Shown here piece after piece: positions 27,914-37,381 of a stretch of 64,000 bases of DNA. The DNA is from an uncultured Verrucomicrobiota bacterium (lineage in GTDB: Bacteria; Verrucomicrobiota; Verrucomicrobiia; Opitutales; Opitutaceae), in contig CAIRBK010000097.1 in assembly GCA_903876795.1 (NCBI GenBank), positions 17,012 to 81,011 of the forward strand. Reading direction: 5' to 3'. Below the pieces are notes generated by a model that saw only the letters and a list, made by a program, of their open reading frames with translations, was not told the DNA's origin and did not search any database. Position numbers and translations under genes: made by a program. The stretch's first letter is position 1; the number at the start of each line of letters is the position of its first letter.

Positions 27914-30331
27914 ATGCTGCGTCTCCTGCTCCCGCCCAATCTCGCCGCCGCCGCCCCGCGCGACGCCATCGCCGTAAAGATCGAGCTTGATCCCTCGTCC
28001 GCACTTTCGCCCGCGCAATTCGCCGCCCTGGCCTTGCTCCAGCGTCTCTGCGGCGGCGCAGTCACGCCTCCGCCGTTTGTGCAGCTGAAGCGCACCCAGC
28101 TGCGCGACCTCGTCGCCGCGCTCAAAGGCCAGCCCGCCTTCGCCTTTGTCAACGCCCCCGCCGCACCGCTGCTCTGGATAGGCCCGCGCCTGCGCGGCGT
28201 GAGTGAATACCTTGACGAGGCCCCCTCGCCCCGACCTGTCGCCCCCCCGCCACGCCTGTCCACGCCCGCCGCAGGAGTTCCATCGCGCTCCGCCAAATCA
28301 TCCACGCCGCTCACCGTGGACGGCAGCGAGCATTTCCTCGCGATCACCCTGCCCTCGCGCGAACAAAGCGGCTACGCGACCGCACTCGACCTCGTCAAAT
28401 CCCACGGGTTCACCCTCGACGCCACCTCGCGCAAATGGTGGCTCCGCGACCGACACAAGACGCTCAACTTCCTCGCCACCCACCTCGGTGCCTTGCGCGA
28501 TGCTTACCACGCGGAGTTCACAGAAAACTTTGAGCGCAACACCGCCAAGCTCGCCGAGATCGAGGTTCAATGCGACATCGCCGAGACCGGCGGCGAGTTC
28601 ACGCTCACCCTCGGCCTGCACGCCGGCAAGGTCTCCGAGGACAACTTGCGCGCGGCCCTGGCCACCAACCGCGGCTACGTCGAGGACGCCGGGAAGGTCT
28701 TTCTCCTGCCGCCCGAAAAGGTCGCCCGCCTCGCCGCCGCCCAGCGCGCTCTGGCCGGCAGCGCCACCGCGCCCGCCGCCGCCCGCCGCACCTGGCGCGT
28801 GCCCACCGCCCGCGTCGCCGAGGTGCAGGAGCTCATCGAGGAACTCGCTCCGCATTACCAACCGCCCGCCGGTTGGAAGTCCCGCGGCGAGGCCCTGCGT
28901 AATCTCTCCACCCTTGCCCCCGCGCCCCTCCCGGCCGAACTCGCCGCATTGCTTCGTCCTTATCAACAAATCGGCGTCGCCTGGCTCTGGCACCTCCATC
29001 GCCACGGCCTCGGCGGCATCCTCGCAGACGAGATGGGCCTCGGCAAAACACTTCAGGCGATTGCCCTGCTCTCCGCGTTGCACGGCACCGCCTCGGCGGA
29101 AAAACGCCCGGCCCTCGTCGTATGCCCCGCCTCGTTGGTGGAAAATTGGCGAAGAGAGAACGCCCGCTTCGCGCCGACCCTCCGGGTCTTTGTCCACCAC
29201 GGCGGCACCCGCCTAGGCGGCGTGACCGAAGCCGCCGCCCACGATGTCGTGATCACGTCCTACGGCACACTGGCGCGGGACCGCGATCTGTTCGCCGACA
29301 TCCCGCTCTCCTGTCTCATCGCCGACGAGGCCCAGCATATAAAAAACCGCCGCACCCACAACGCCCAGGCTCTGCGCAGCCTCGACGCGCGCAGCCGCTT
29401 CCTGCTCACCGGCACGCCCGTGGAAAACTCCCTCGACGACCTGCGCGCGCTCTTCGACTTGCTGATGCCGGGCTACCTGGAAAAAGTCCCCGCCGGAACC
29501 CGCGGCGACGAACGCGGCTGGTTCGACGAGCGCCTGCGCGCCAAGACCGCCCCCTACCTGCTCCGCCGCACCAAGGCCGCCGTCGCCCCCGAGTTGCCCG
29601 ACAAAATCGAGCAGGTGATCTACTGTGAGCCGTCGCCGGCGCAGGCCCGCCTCTACGCCGAGTGGCGGCAGAAATCCGAACAGGAACTCGATGCCCTCGC
29701 CGCCGACGGAGCCTCGGAAAACTCCCTGCGCCTGGCCACGCTCACCCAGCTCCTCCGCCTGCGCCAGATCTGCTGCGACCCGCGACTGGTGTCCCCCGCC
29801 TCCCCTGCCGATCATTCGGCCAAGCTGGAAACCTTCCGCGAGCTCCTCGCCGAGGCGGTGGACGACGGCCATCGCCTGCTCGTGTTTTCCCAATTCACGT
29901 CGCTCCTTGCCCTGCTCCGCGCCGAGCTCGACGAACAGGGTCTGCCCTACTGTTACCTCGATGGAGCCACGCCGCAGAAACAGCGCCAGGCGGAAGTTGA
30001 TCGCTACAATCACTCGCCCGACATCCCGGTCTTCCTCATCTCCCTCAAGGCGGGGGGCACCGGCCTCAACCTCACGGGTGCCGACACGGTCGTGCATTTT
30101 GACCCGTGGTGGAATCCCGCCGTCGAGGCCCAGGCCACCGACCGCGCCCACCGCATTGGCCAAAAACGCGTGGTCACGAGCTACAAACTCATCTGCACCG
30201 GCACGGTGGAGGAAAAGGTGCTGCACATGCAGCAGACCAAGCGCGCCCTGCTGGCCGACGTCTTTGAGGCCAGCGACGCCACCAACGCCAGGCTGACGCT
30301 CGCCGACCTGGCCTCGCTGCTGAAGGAATAA
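27914..30331 (+). CDS. SNF2-family DEAD/DEAH helicase/ATPase
   Basis: LADEMGLGKT, DEAQHIKN, LTGTPVEN, LRR.K, GLNLTGAD, QATDRAHRIGQ. Confidence 0.92.
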   Translation: MLRLLLPPNLAAAAPRDAIAVKIELDPSSALSPAQFAALALLQRLCGGAVTPPPFVQLKRTQLRDLVAALKGQPAFAFVNAPAAPLLWIGPRLRGVSEYLDEAPSPRPVAPPPRLSTPAAGVPSRSAKSSTPLTVDGSEHFLAITLPSREQSGYATALDLVKSHGFTLDATSRKWWLRDRHKTLNFLATHLGALRDAYHAEFTENFERNTAKLAEIEVQCDIAETGGEFTLTLGLHAGKVSEDNLRAALATNRGYVEDAGKVFLLPPEKVARLAAAQRALAGSATAPAAARRTWRVPTARVAEVQELIEELAPHYQPPAGWKSRGEALRNLSTLAPAPLPAELAALLRPYQQIGVAWLWHLHRHGLGGILADEMGLGKTLQAIALLSALHGTASAEKRPALVVCPASLVENWRRENARFAPTLRVFVHHGGTRLGGVTEAAAHDVVITSYGTLARDRDLFADIPLSCLIADEAQHIKNRRTHNAQALRSLDARSRFLLTGTPVENSLDDLRALFDLLMPGYLEKVPAGTRGDERGWFDERLRAKTAPYLLRRTKAAVAPELPDKIEQVIYCEPSPAQARLYAEWRQKSEQELDALAADGASENSLRLATLTQLLRLRQICCDPRLVSPASPADHSAKLETFRELLAEAVDDGHRLLVFSQFTSLLALLRAELDEQGLPYCYLDGATPQKQRQAEVDRYNHSPDIPVFLISLKAGGTGLNLTGADTVVHFDPWWNPAVEAQATDRAHRIGQKRVVTSYKLICTGTVEEKVLHMQQTKRALLADVFEASDATNARLTLADLASLLKE

Positions 30332-30338
30332 GACCCCC

Positions 30339-30884
30339 TCAATCGAGCCCCAGGGTCTTCCGTCCGGCCTCGGAAATCATCTGAGGCGTCCACATCGGAT
30401 CCCACACGATATGAACCTTGGCCGACTCGACCGTGGGCAGCGACGCGATCTTCTGGCGGGCGTCCTCCGCGATCACCGGCCCCATGCCGCAGCCCGGCGC
30501 GGTCAGCGTCATCTTCACTTCCAAAACGTGCGTGCCCGCCGGCGTTTTCTCCACACTCAGATCATAGATAAGCCCGAGATCGACGATGTTGACCGGGATC
30601 TCCGGATCGAAGCAGGTCTTCAACGCCGACCACACCGCCGACTCGCTGAACTCGCCCGCCGCAACGTCCGGAGTCCCGGAGTCGAGCTTGGCCAGGTCGA
30701 AACCCTTGAGCGCGTCCGCGTGCTCGCGGGCGATGCGGAACAGGCCCGTGTCGGTGCGCACCGTCACGTTGCCGCCCAGCGTCTGCATGACGTGGGCCGA
30801 GGATCCGGCGGCAAGCGTGGCCGCGTCCCCGGCCGGGATGATCGTGGCCGGGATGTCCCGGGTGAGGATGAATTCGGATGACAT
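30339..30884 (-). CDS. sufT: SufT-like Fe-S cluster assembly protein
   Basis: QTLGGNVTV N-terminal domain; DPEIPVNIVDLGLIY and TLTAPGCGMG. Confidence 0.85.
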   Translation of the reverse strand: MSSEFILTRDIPATIIPAGDAATLAAGSSAHVMQTLGGNVTVRTDTGLFRIAREHADALKGFDLAKLDSGTPDVAAGEFSESAVWSALKTCFDPEIPVNIVDLGLIYDLSVEKTPAGTHVLEVKMTLTAPGCGMGPVIAEDARQKIASLPTVESAKVHIVWDPMWTPQMISEAGRKTLGLD

Positions 30885-30897
30885 GGGTTTAAAATGT

Positions 30898-32700
30898 TCA
30901 GCGCAGGTTGAGTTCGATGGGCAGGCGGGCGTAGATGCCGCGAGGATCGTTGAACTGCCCGAATACCTTCGCCTGGGATTCGATCCGGTGCATCACATGG
31001 GAGACCAAACCGCGATGCGCGGTCTCCACCGGCCGCACGTTTTGAAGCCAGCCTTCGAGCACCTCCGAGAAGGTCTGCGACAACGGGTACTCGGTCAGGC
31101 GGTAGTCATCCTTCACCTCGGCCGCCCTGGCGGCGAAGGCGATGGCGGCGTCGAGTCCGCCGAGTTCGTCCACCAGGCCGAGTTTCAGGGCCTCGCGGCC
31201 CGACCAAACGCGGCCTCCGGCGATCTTGCGAACGTCGTCTGGATCGAGTTCGCGACCTTCGGCGACCTTGCGGATGAACTCGCCGTAGATCCAATCGACC
31301 ATGCCCTGAAAGATCGCGAGTTCGGACTCGGTCTTCGGGCGGGCGATGGTGAAGATGTCCGCGTATTTGCCGGTCTTCACGCCGTCCCAAGTGATGCCGA
31401 GTTCATTGGCCAGTTTTTGAACGTCGAAGTGGATGCCCACCACCCCGATGGAACCGGTGATGGTCGTGGGCTCGGCGAAAATGCGGTCGCCGTAGGCCGA
31501 TATCCAATACCCGCCCGATGCCGCGTAGCTGCCCATTGAAACGATGACCGGCTTCTCCTGCGCCGCCAGGCGAAGTTCGCGCTGGATGTGCTCGGCGGCG
31601 GTGGCCGAACCTCCCGGGCTGTTCACGCGCAAAACGATCGCCCGGACATCGTCATCTTGACGCAGCGCGCGCAGCTCCCGGGCGAAACGATCACCGCCCA
31701 CCTCATCGACCACGCCTTCCCCGTCCACAATCGCCCCCTCGGCGTAAAGCACCGCGATCTGGTTCGAGCTGCTCCCGGCGTGTTCGGGCAACTGGCGGGC
31801 GTAATCAGCCAGGTTGATCTGTTTGAAGGGATCCGCCGGATCGGTGACTCCGGTCGAGGCTTTCAACTGCTCCAGCACCTCGTCGCGGTAGGCGAGCCGG
31901 TCCACCAATCGGGCCTTGAGGGCGGACTCGGGCTGGATCACACCCTCGGCGTCGATCAGCGCCTGAAACTTTTCCGGCGAGAGCCTCCTGTCGGCCGCCA
32001 GATCGGCGCGAAGGTCGCCCCAAAGATCGCCGAGCAGCTTTTCGGTCTGCTCGCGGTTGGCCGGGCTGAGATCCTTGCGCACAAACGGCTCGGCGTAGGA
32101 TTTGAACTCGCCGACCTTGGTCACCTGCACACCCACTCCGAAACGCTCGAATGCCCCGGCGAAAAACGTCGATTCGCTCGCCAGTCCCGGAACCACCAAT
32201 GAACCGTAGGGATCGAGGACGAGATCCGTCGCGGAGGCGGCCAGATAAAGGTCGCGCGTCGTCGCGTAGTCCAGGTAGGCCACCACCGGTTTCCCGGATT
32301 TTTTGAACGCGGCCAGCGCCGACCGCACCTCTGACAAAGCCGCGAAACCAGTCCCATAGCCGTCTGGCGAGAGGTTACCCAGCAACACCAATCCGGCAAT
32401 CCGTCCATCCTCGCCGGCCGCCTTCAAGGCGCGAGTCACCGTGCGCAACTGCAACGTACTGTCATCTCCGCCGCCAACCAACAACGCGCCCAGTCCACCT
32501 CCCTCAAAAGCGGGTGGCGAGTCCGTGATATTCGCGCCAAGATCAAACACCAGATAGGAGCCTGTTTCCACGGCGGCGTGAGGGGCGTGCTTCATGGTCG
32601 AGGCCACCACCATAAAGCCCAACGCCAGAGCCACCAGGCTGGTGATGGCGATCGCCAAAGCCGCCAGTGTGCCGAGTAACGACGCAAAGAAATGTTTCAT
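30898..32700 (-). CDS. sppA: Signal peptide peptidase SppA (long form)
   Basis: Tandem S49 domains; KSYAEP, LRVNSPGGS, AASGGYW, TGSIGV, GRVWSG. Confidence 0.93.
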   Translation of the reverse strand: MKHFFASLLGTLAALAIAITSLVALALGFMVVASTMKHAPHAAVETGSYLVFDLGANITDSPPAFEGGGLGALLVGGGDDSTLQLRTVTRALKAAGEDGRIAGLVLLGNLSPDGYGTGFAALSEVRSALAAFKKSGKPVVAYLDYATTRDLYLAASATDLVLDPYGSLVVPGLASESTFFAGAFERFGVGVQVTKVGEFKSYAEPFVRKDLSPANREQTEKLLGDLWGDLRADLAADRRLSPEKFQALIDAEGVIQPESALKARLVDRLAYRDEVLEQLKASTGVTDPADPFKQINLADYARQLPEHAGSSSNQIAVLYAEGAIVDGEGVVDEVGGDRFARELRALRQDDDVRAIVLRVNSPGGSATAAEHIQRELRLAAQEKPVIVSMGSYAASGGYWISAYGDRIFAEPTTITGSIGVVGIHFDVQKLANELGITWDGVKTGKYADIFTIARPKTESELAIFQGMVDWIYGEFIRKVAEGRELDPDDVRKIAGGRVWSGREALKLGLVDELGGLDAAIAFAARAAEVKDDYRLTEYPLSQTFSEVLEGWLQNVRPVETAHRGLVSHVMHRIESQAKVFGQFNDPRGIYARLPIELNLR

Positions 32701-32751
32701 AAAATAACCATCGTGCCCAACGGCCAGTTAACCGCCAGTGCTTTTCGCCGA

Positions 32752-34308
32752 TTATGGCGGTGTGGTCGGTTGCAAAAGCCGGTTCACTTCCGACAGGGCC
32801 TCGCTCATCGTAAACGGCTTTTGCAGAAAGCCCTTGGCACCGGCCCGCAATATCTCGGACTTGAGGTTGGCTTCCAGGTGACCGCTCATCACCAGTGCGT
32901 TTACCTGCGGTGATCGCTCTTTCATCTTCAAAAACGCCTCCCAGCCGCTCATGTGCGGCAGACCGAGATCGATCACCACCAGGGATATTCGATCGGCATG
33001 CAGGACATACTGGGCTACCGCCTCGATGCCGTCGCGAGCTTTGATGACGTTGAATCCGTTGCGACCGAATAGAAAACTCAGTGTCTGCAAAAACATGTCC
33101 TCGTCGTCCACCACCAGCACGGTGCGTTCTCCGGTGCCCGGGTCCGCTGGGCCCGGCACAGGCGGTCCACTCGGCGTCTCGGTTTCGGCCAATGCGGGAA
33201 GATAGATGCGGAACGCCAGGGCGGGGCCCGACCAAGCATCGATCTCCAGGTGCGCACGGTGACTCGCCAGGATGTTGTGAGCCACCAGCAGCGACAAATC
33301 TCTGCGCTTTTCCACAAAACGCACGGCCGCATCCCAGGTGCCCGGACGCTCCCCGGCGACCATCTCGCCATTCGGCGGCGCGGCCCGCAGCGAGAGTTCG
33401 ACATAAGCCGGCTCGCGCGCATCGGGAAACTTCACACGGACGTCGGTCCCGGCAACCCGTCGATTGACCACGGTCAAACGGCCGCCGCTCCCGGCGAGTT
33501 CACGGGCTTTCTGCGCGAGATTGGTCATCACCTGATGAAACTGCCTCGGATCAAGCGAGACGGGCGGAAGATCGGTCGATAAATCCAATGACAACTCCAA
33601 ACCAGTCCCAATCGTCGCGGATGCCATGCGGAAAAACTCACGCACCACATCGCCCGTCATCACACGTTGGAAATTGAGTTCCTCCCGCTTGGAAAGATGC
33701 AGCGTTTGACCGATGAGATTGGCCGCGCGCCGCACCGCATGGTCAATGCCGCCAACCGCCGTTGTCAGCCTCCCGGCGTCAGGCGGGCTGTCTTGCAAGA
33801 GCGCCGTGTAGCCGAGGATGATCGAGAGCAGGTTGTTGAAATCGTTGCTGATATCCGACGCCAGCGCGGCGAACGTCTCCGCCTGCTGATGCTGGCGAAG
33901 TTGCGGCACGCCGGCCACCCGACGTCCGAGATCGATCAGGGTCGTGAGCCGGTAAATCCTTCCATCCCGGGACCGGAGACGCGTGTCGGAGGCATGGAAG
34001 AAGAGCGGCCGGCCGCTCTTGTGGAGGTAAGTCATCTCCGCCGTGGCGGAATCCTCGCCGGCGATGAATGCGATGTGCGCGGCCGATCCAAGCACGGCAC
34101 CCTCGGCCGCCAGCAAACGCATGATCGGCAGGCCGACGAGTTCACGCTCGCCATACCCCGTGGTCTCCGCAAACGAAGCGTTAACCGCGACGATATCGCC
34201 GCTGTCATCGCTCAGACACAGGCCCACGGGCGTCCGCTCCCAGAAATCCGGAAGCAAACCGCCCAGCAGCGCACCCGTATCGATGTTGGACCTGTTCACC
34301 TCGCTCAT
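32752..34308 (-). CDS. PAS + degenerate histidine kinase + receiver hybrid protein (probable pseudokinase)
   Basis: PAS region; H-box reads SNDFNNLL (no His); G boxes not recognisable; intact receiver (VVDDE, IDLGLP, QKPF). Confidence 0.8.
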   Translation of the reverse strand: MSEVNRSNIDTGALLGGLLPDFWERTPVGLCLSDDSGDIVAVNASFAETTGYGERELVGLPIMRLLAAEGAVLGSAAHIAFIAGEDSATAEMTYLHKSGRPLFFHASDTRLRSRDGRIYRLTTLIDLGRRVAGVPQLRQHQQAETFAALASDISNDFNNLLSIILGYTALLQDSPPDAGRLTTAVGGIDHAVRRAANLIGQTLHLSKREELNFQRVMTGDVVREFFRMASATIGTGLELSLDLSTDLPPVSLDPRQFHQVMTNLAQKARELAGSGGRLTVVNRRVAGTDVRVKFPDAREPAYVELSLRAAPPNGEMVAGERPGTWDAAVRFVEKRRDLSLLVAHNILASHRAHLEIDAWSGPALAFRIYLPALAETETPSGPPVPGPADPGTGERTVLVVDDEDMFLQTLSFLFGRNGFNVIKARDGIEAVAQYVLHADRISLVVIDLGLPHMSGWEAFLKMKERSPQVNALVMSGHLEANLKSEILRAGAKGFLQKPFTMSEALSEVNRLLQPTTPP

Positions 34309-34715
34309 GCCGCCCAGTGAAAGACAATCGGTTTGTCCAACGCCGGGTGGAGGCTCTGATGCACCGGGCACTGGTGGGCCGCCTTTTCCAAGAGCCCAGC
34401 CAGCGGCTCGGTTCGGGAAATGGGCATCCACACGACTGTCGCCAATCTAGCGATACGCCGGGGCGCGTCGGCCGACATCTCTTTGGAAACCTCATAGCGG
34501 AGCCCCTTCAACTCGACGCCGTGTTTGCGGGCGACCAGCGCCATCGTCGTGACGATGCAGGTTGCCATGCCGGCGGCCACCAAGTCGGTGGGGGAAAACG
34601 CCTCGCCCCGGCCTTGATTGTCCCTTGGCGCATCGGTGGCCAGCACGTTGCCGGAAGGTCCATGGATGGCGCTGCAATGCAGTTCGCCCTCATATATGCC
34701 TGTGATCGTAACCAT
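34305..34715 (-). CDS. OsmC/Ohr family protein
   Basis: TDAP.DNQG.G.AFSPTDL, CIVTTM and second Cys in QCPVHQSL. Confidence 0.88.
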   Translation of the reverse strand: MVTITGIYEGELHCSAIHGPSGNVLATDAPRDNQGRGEAFSPTDLVAAGMATCIVTTMALVARKHGVELKGLRYEVSKEMSADAPRRIARLATVVWMPISRTEPLAGLLEKAAHQCPVHQSLHPALDKPIVFHWAA

Positions 34716-34768
34716 GACAGACAACCTCTTTTCTTTTTAAACTCTGGCAACAGTCAACTTGCCGGAAA

Positions 34769-34846
34769 TGGGGCGGCCAACGGGATTCGAACCCGCGACC
34801 CCAAGAATCACAATCTTGTGCTCTAACCAACTGAGCTATGGCCGCC
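34769..34846 (-). tRNA. tRNA-His (GUG)
   Basis: Reverse complement GGCGGCCATAGCTCAG..GATTGTGATTC..GGTTCGAATCCC..GGCCGCCCCA; anticodon GTG, G-1:C73 pair, encoded CCA. Confidence 0.96.
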
Positions 34847-34947
34847 GTGAGAGTTGGCGAAAATCACGAGCGCCTCCGGCTCTGTCAACTTCTTCTTCCG
34901 GCCTTTCCCGTTGCCGTTTTTACACGCGCGTCCACGCTGCACCCACC

Positions 34948-35721
34948 ATGCCCCGCGTCCGGATCGTCACTTTCAACATCGCGCACGGTCGCGGTCTGGC
35001 TCCGCTTCAAGGCATGACCACGCGGCGGCGCATCCGCTCGACCTTGCTGAAAATCGCCCGACTGCTCGCCGAACTGGAGCCCGACATCGTGGCCCTCCAG
35101 GAGATCGACGAAAACTCCCGCTGGGCGGGCAACTTCGACCAGCTCGAATTCCTCCGGGAGTTTGGCGGATTCGACCACGCCGTCTTCGGCATCAACAACC
35201 GCCGGGCCGGCCTTATCAACCTGAGTTACGGCAACGCCATTCTTTCCCGTCACCGCATCACCGAGTCGGAAAACATCGCCTTCGGACGCAGCCAGGTCGG
35301 CGAAAAAGGGTTTTTATTCGCCGAAATAGACGTCGCGGGACGCCGCCTGCCCGTGGCCAACATGCACCTGCACTACCGGTCGCGCCTGCACCGTTTCGCC
35401 CAGGTTGATCGCTTTCTCGCCTACCTGCGTGACAAACAACGCGACCGCCGCCACCACTGGGCCCTGTCCCCCATCGTTTGCGGCGATCTCAACAATACCC
35501 GTGCGGCCTCCGACGCCACCGCCACCTTGCTCAGTCACCTGCATGATTACGGCGACTACACCCTGCATCCGCTGAAGGGCCGCACATTCCCTTCCCCTCT
35601 GCCCAGCCGCACGCTCGACTTCATCTTCCTGCCTCCCGGTGCCAAACATGCCCGCAGCCAGGTCGTGCGCTGCCACCTCTCCGATCACCGCCCCGTCGTG
35701 GCTGACTTCGAGGTGGACTAG
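34948..35721 (+). CDS. Endonuclease/exonuclease/phosphatase family protein
   Basis: TFNI, DIVALQEID, GNAILSR, CGDLN, LDFIF, SDHRPV. Confidence 0.88.
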   Translation: MPRVRIVTFNIAHGRGLAPLQGMTTRRRIRSTLLKIARLLAELEPDIVALQEIDENSRWAGNFDQLEFLREFGGFDHAVFGINNRRAGLINLSYGNAILSRHRITESENIAFGRSQVGEKGFLFAEIDVAGRRLPVANMHLHYRSRLHRFAQVDRFLAYLRDKQRDRRHHWALSPIVCGDLNNTRAASDATATLLSHLHDYGDYTLHPLKGRTFPSPLPSRTLDFIFLPPGAKHARSQVVRCHLSDHRPVVADFEVD

Positions 35722-35813
35722 CCCCCCAAGCCGAGATGGTCCGCCCGCAGTGCGCGCGTCCGGGAAAAAATCCCTTTGCGCCTCATGCGGTTTTTTGCGG
35801 CTATGCGCGCTCC

Positions 35814-36617
35814 ATGGATCGCATCACCCACGCCTTCGCCCGCGCCCGTGCCGAGAACCGAGCCGCCTTTGTCGCCTACTTGTGCGCCGGCGATCCTGAT
35901 TTTGAGACCTCGCTGGCGGCCTGCCGCGCACTGGTTGAAAGCGGCATCGATGTGCTCGAACTCGGCGTGCCGTTCAGCGATCCCTTGGCCGACGGCCTCA
36001 CCAACCAACTCGCCGCCCAACGCGCCCTCGAAGGCGGCATGACCGCCTCCCGCGTCTTTGAACTGGTGCGCCGCATCCGTGAATTCACACCGGCCGTCCC
36101 CGTCGTTTTCTACACCTATTACAACCTCGTTTTTTCCAATGGCGTGGACGCCTATGTGCGCGCGGCCAAGGAGGCCGGCGTGGACGGTATGCTCACGCTG
36201 GACCTGCCGCCCGAGGAGGCCGCCGATGTGCAGGCCGCCTGCGCCGCGCACGGCGTGAAGACCGTGTTCATCGTGGCCCCCACCACTCCCGAGGCCCGCC
36301 TCGCCAAGATCGGCGTGGCCGCCACGGGGTTCATCTACTACGTCTCCCGGGAAGGCGTGACCGGCGTGCGCGACTCCATGGCCGCCAACATCCCGCAGGC
36401 CGTGGCCGCCATCAAACGCCACACCCCGCTGCCCGTCGTGGTAGGTTTCGGTATAGGCACCCGCGCTCATGTGGTCGAAGTCGCCGCTCATGCCGATGGC
36501 GTCGTGGTCGGCAGCGCCTTGGTGAACGTGATCCGCGACCACCTGGCGGACCGCTCCCGCATCGCCCCGGCACTCGCGCTCCGCACCGCCGATCTGGTGG
36601 CCGGGACGCAGCGTTGA
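35814..36617 (+). CDS. trpA: Tryptophan synthase alpha chain
   Basis: LELGVPFSDPLADG..Q.A..RAL, YYN, DLPPEE, YYVSR.GVTG, VGFGI, VGSA. Confidence 0.95.
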   Translation: MDRITHAFARARAENRAAFVAYLCAGDPDFETSLAACRALVESGIDVLELGVPFSDPLADGLTNQLAAQRALEGGMTASRVFELVRRIREFTPAVPVVFYTYYNLVFSNGVDAYVRAAKEAGVDGMLTLDLPPEEAADVQAACAAHGVKTVFIVAPTTPEARLAKIGVAATGFIYYVSREGVTGVRDSMAANIPQAVAAIKRHTPLPVVVGFGIGTRAHVVEVAAHADGVVVGSALVNVIRDHLADRSRIAPALALRTADLVAGTQR

Positions 36618-36686
36618 TCGCGAGGCGGGCGCGCATCCCGCGCCCCCGCGCTTGCCAGCCGGTCGAGGCCCGGGGAGAGTGCCGGC

Positions 36687-37058
36687 ATGGCGTTTACCGA
36701 CACTTCGACAACCCTGGCCGAGATCAAGACCCGCGTTCTGGCCTTCGCACGCGAACGCGACTGGGAACAATTTCACGCGCCAAAAAACCTGAGCATGGCC
36801 TTGGCTGCGGAGGCGGGTGAGCTGATGGAGCATTTCCTGTGGGCCACGCCCGAATCCTCCCGAAGCATCGCGCAAGACGCGGCCAGGCGAAAAAAAATCG
36901 AGGAGGAACTGGCCGACGTGGTGATCTATGCGCTGGAATTCGCCAACATGACCGGCATCGACGTTGCCGCCGCGATCGAGGCAAAAATGGCGGCAAACGC
37001 CGCCAAATATCCGGTCGAAAAGGCCAAGGGCCGCTCCGACAAATACACCGAGCTGTAG
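36687..37058 (+). CDS. MazG-like nucleotide pyrophosphohydrolase
   Basis: RDWEQFHAPKNL..AL..EAGEL.E, EELADV, N..KYP. Confidence 0.88.
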   Translation: MAFTDTSTTLAEIKTRVLAFARERDWEQFHAPKNLSMALAAEAGELMEHFLWATPESSRSIAQDAARRKKIEEELADVVIYALEFANMTGIDVAAAIEAKMAANAAKYPVEKAKGRSDKYTEL

Positions 37059-37140
37059 GCGGCTCGCAGGATCGCTCTGCAGGCGGCTCGCTCCCCGAAG
37101 CCGGACTCGTCCAGCCACTCAATATCCGAATAAAAAGTGT

Positions 37141-37321
37141 GACACCCCGCCTGTGCCGTGCGCCCAAAGGCTCGAGAACCTTTTTGCGATTAGGTGGGCT
37201 CCTCCGAATGGCTTCGCGCTTTCCGATTTACGGCCTAGCACTCCCCCACCCGTTCCGGATCCCGAATTATATCAAAGGCAAAGAGCAGTTATTGAAAGCA
37301 CCTCGAACACCGCAGGGTATC
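37141..37321 (-). ncRNA. ssrS: Probable 6S RNA
   Basis: 181 nt; closing stem GAUACCCUGC/GCGGGGUGUC pairs fully only on the minus strand (G-U wobbles); CCCUGCGGUGUUCG start, GGAAAGC, CCCACC and CACGGCA..GCGGGG segments resemble the 6S pattern; no covariance search run. Confidence 0.72.
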
Positions 37322-37329
37322 ACGCGCGA

Positions 37330-37357
37330 AACCTAGTCCCGGGGACCGGAGCGTCAA
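37330..37357 (-). promoter_or_regulatory. Candidate sigma70 promoter of the 6S RNA
   Basis: TTGACG-16 nt-TAGGTT ending 8 nt before the predicted 5-prime end. Confidence 0.55.
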
Positions 37358-37381
37358 CCGCCGTCGGCGAATAATTCCCGC

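Noticed and set aside
27914-30331. SNF2 helicase as part of an anti-phage system
   Set aside because: No nuclease, methylase or other defence partner adjacent; neighbours are housekeeping genes
34769-34846. Genomic island integrated at tRNA-His
   Set aside because: No integrase or duplicated tRNA 3-prime end; flanked by ordinary genes
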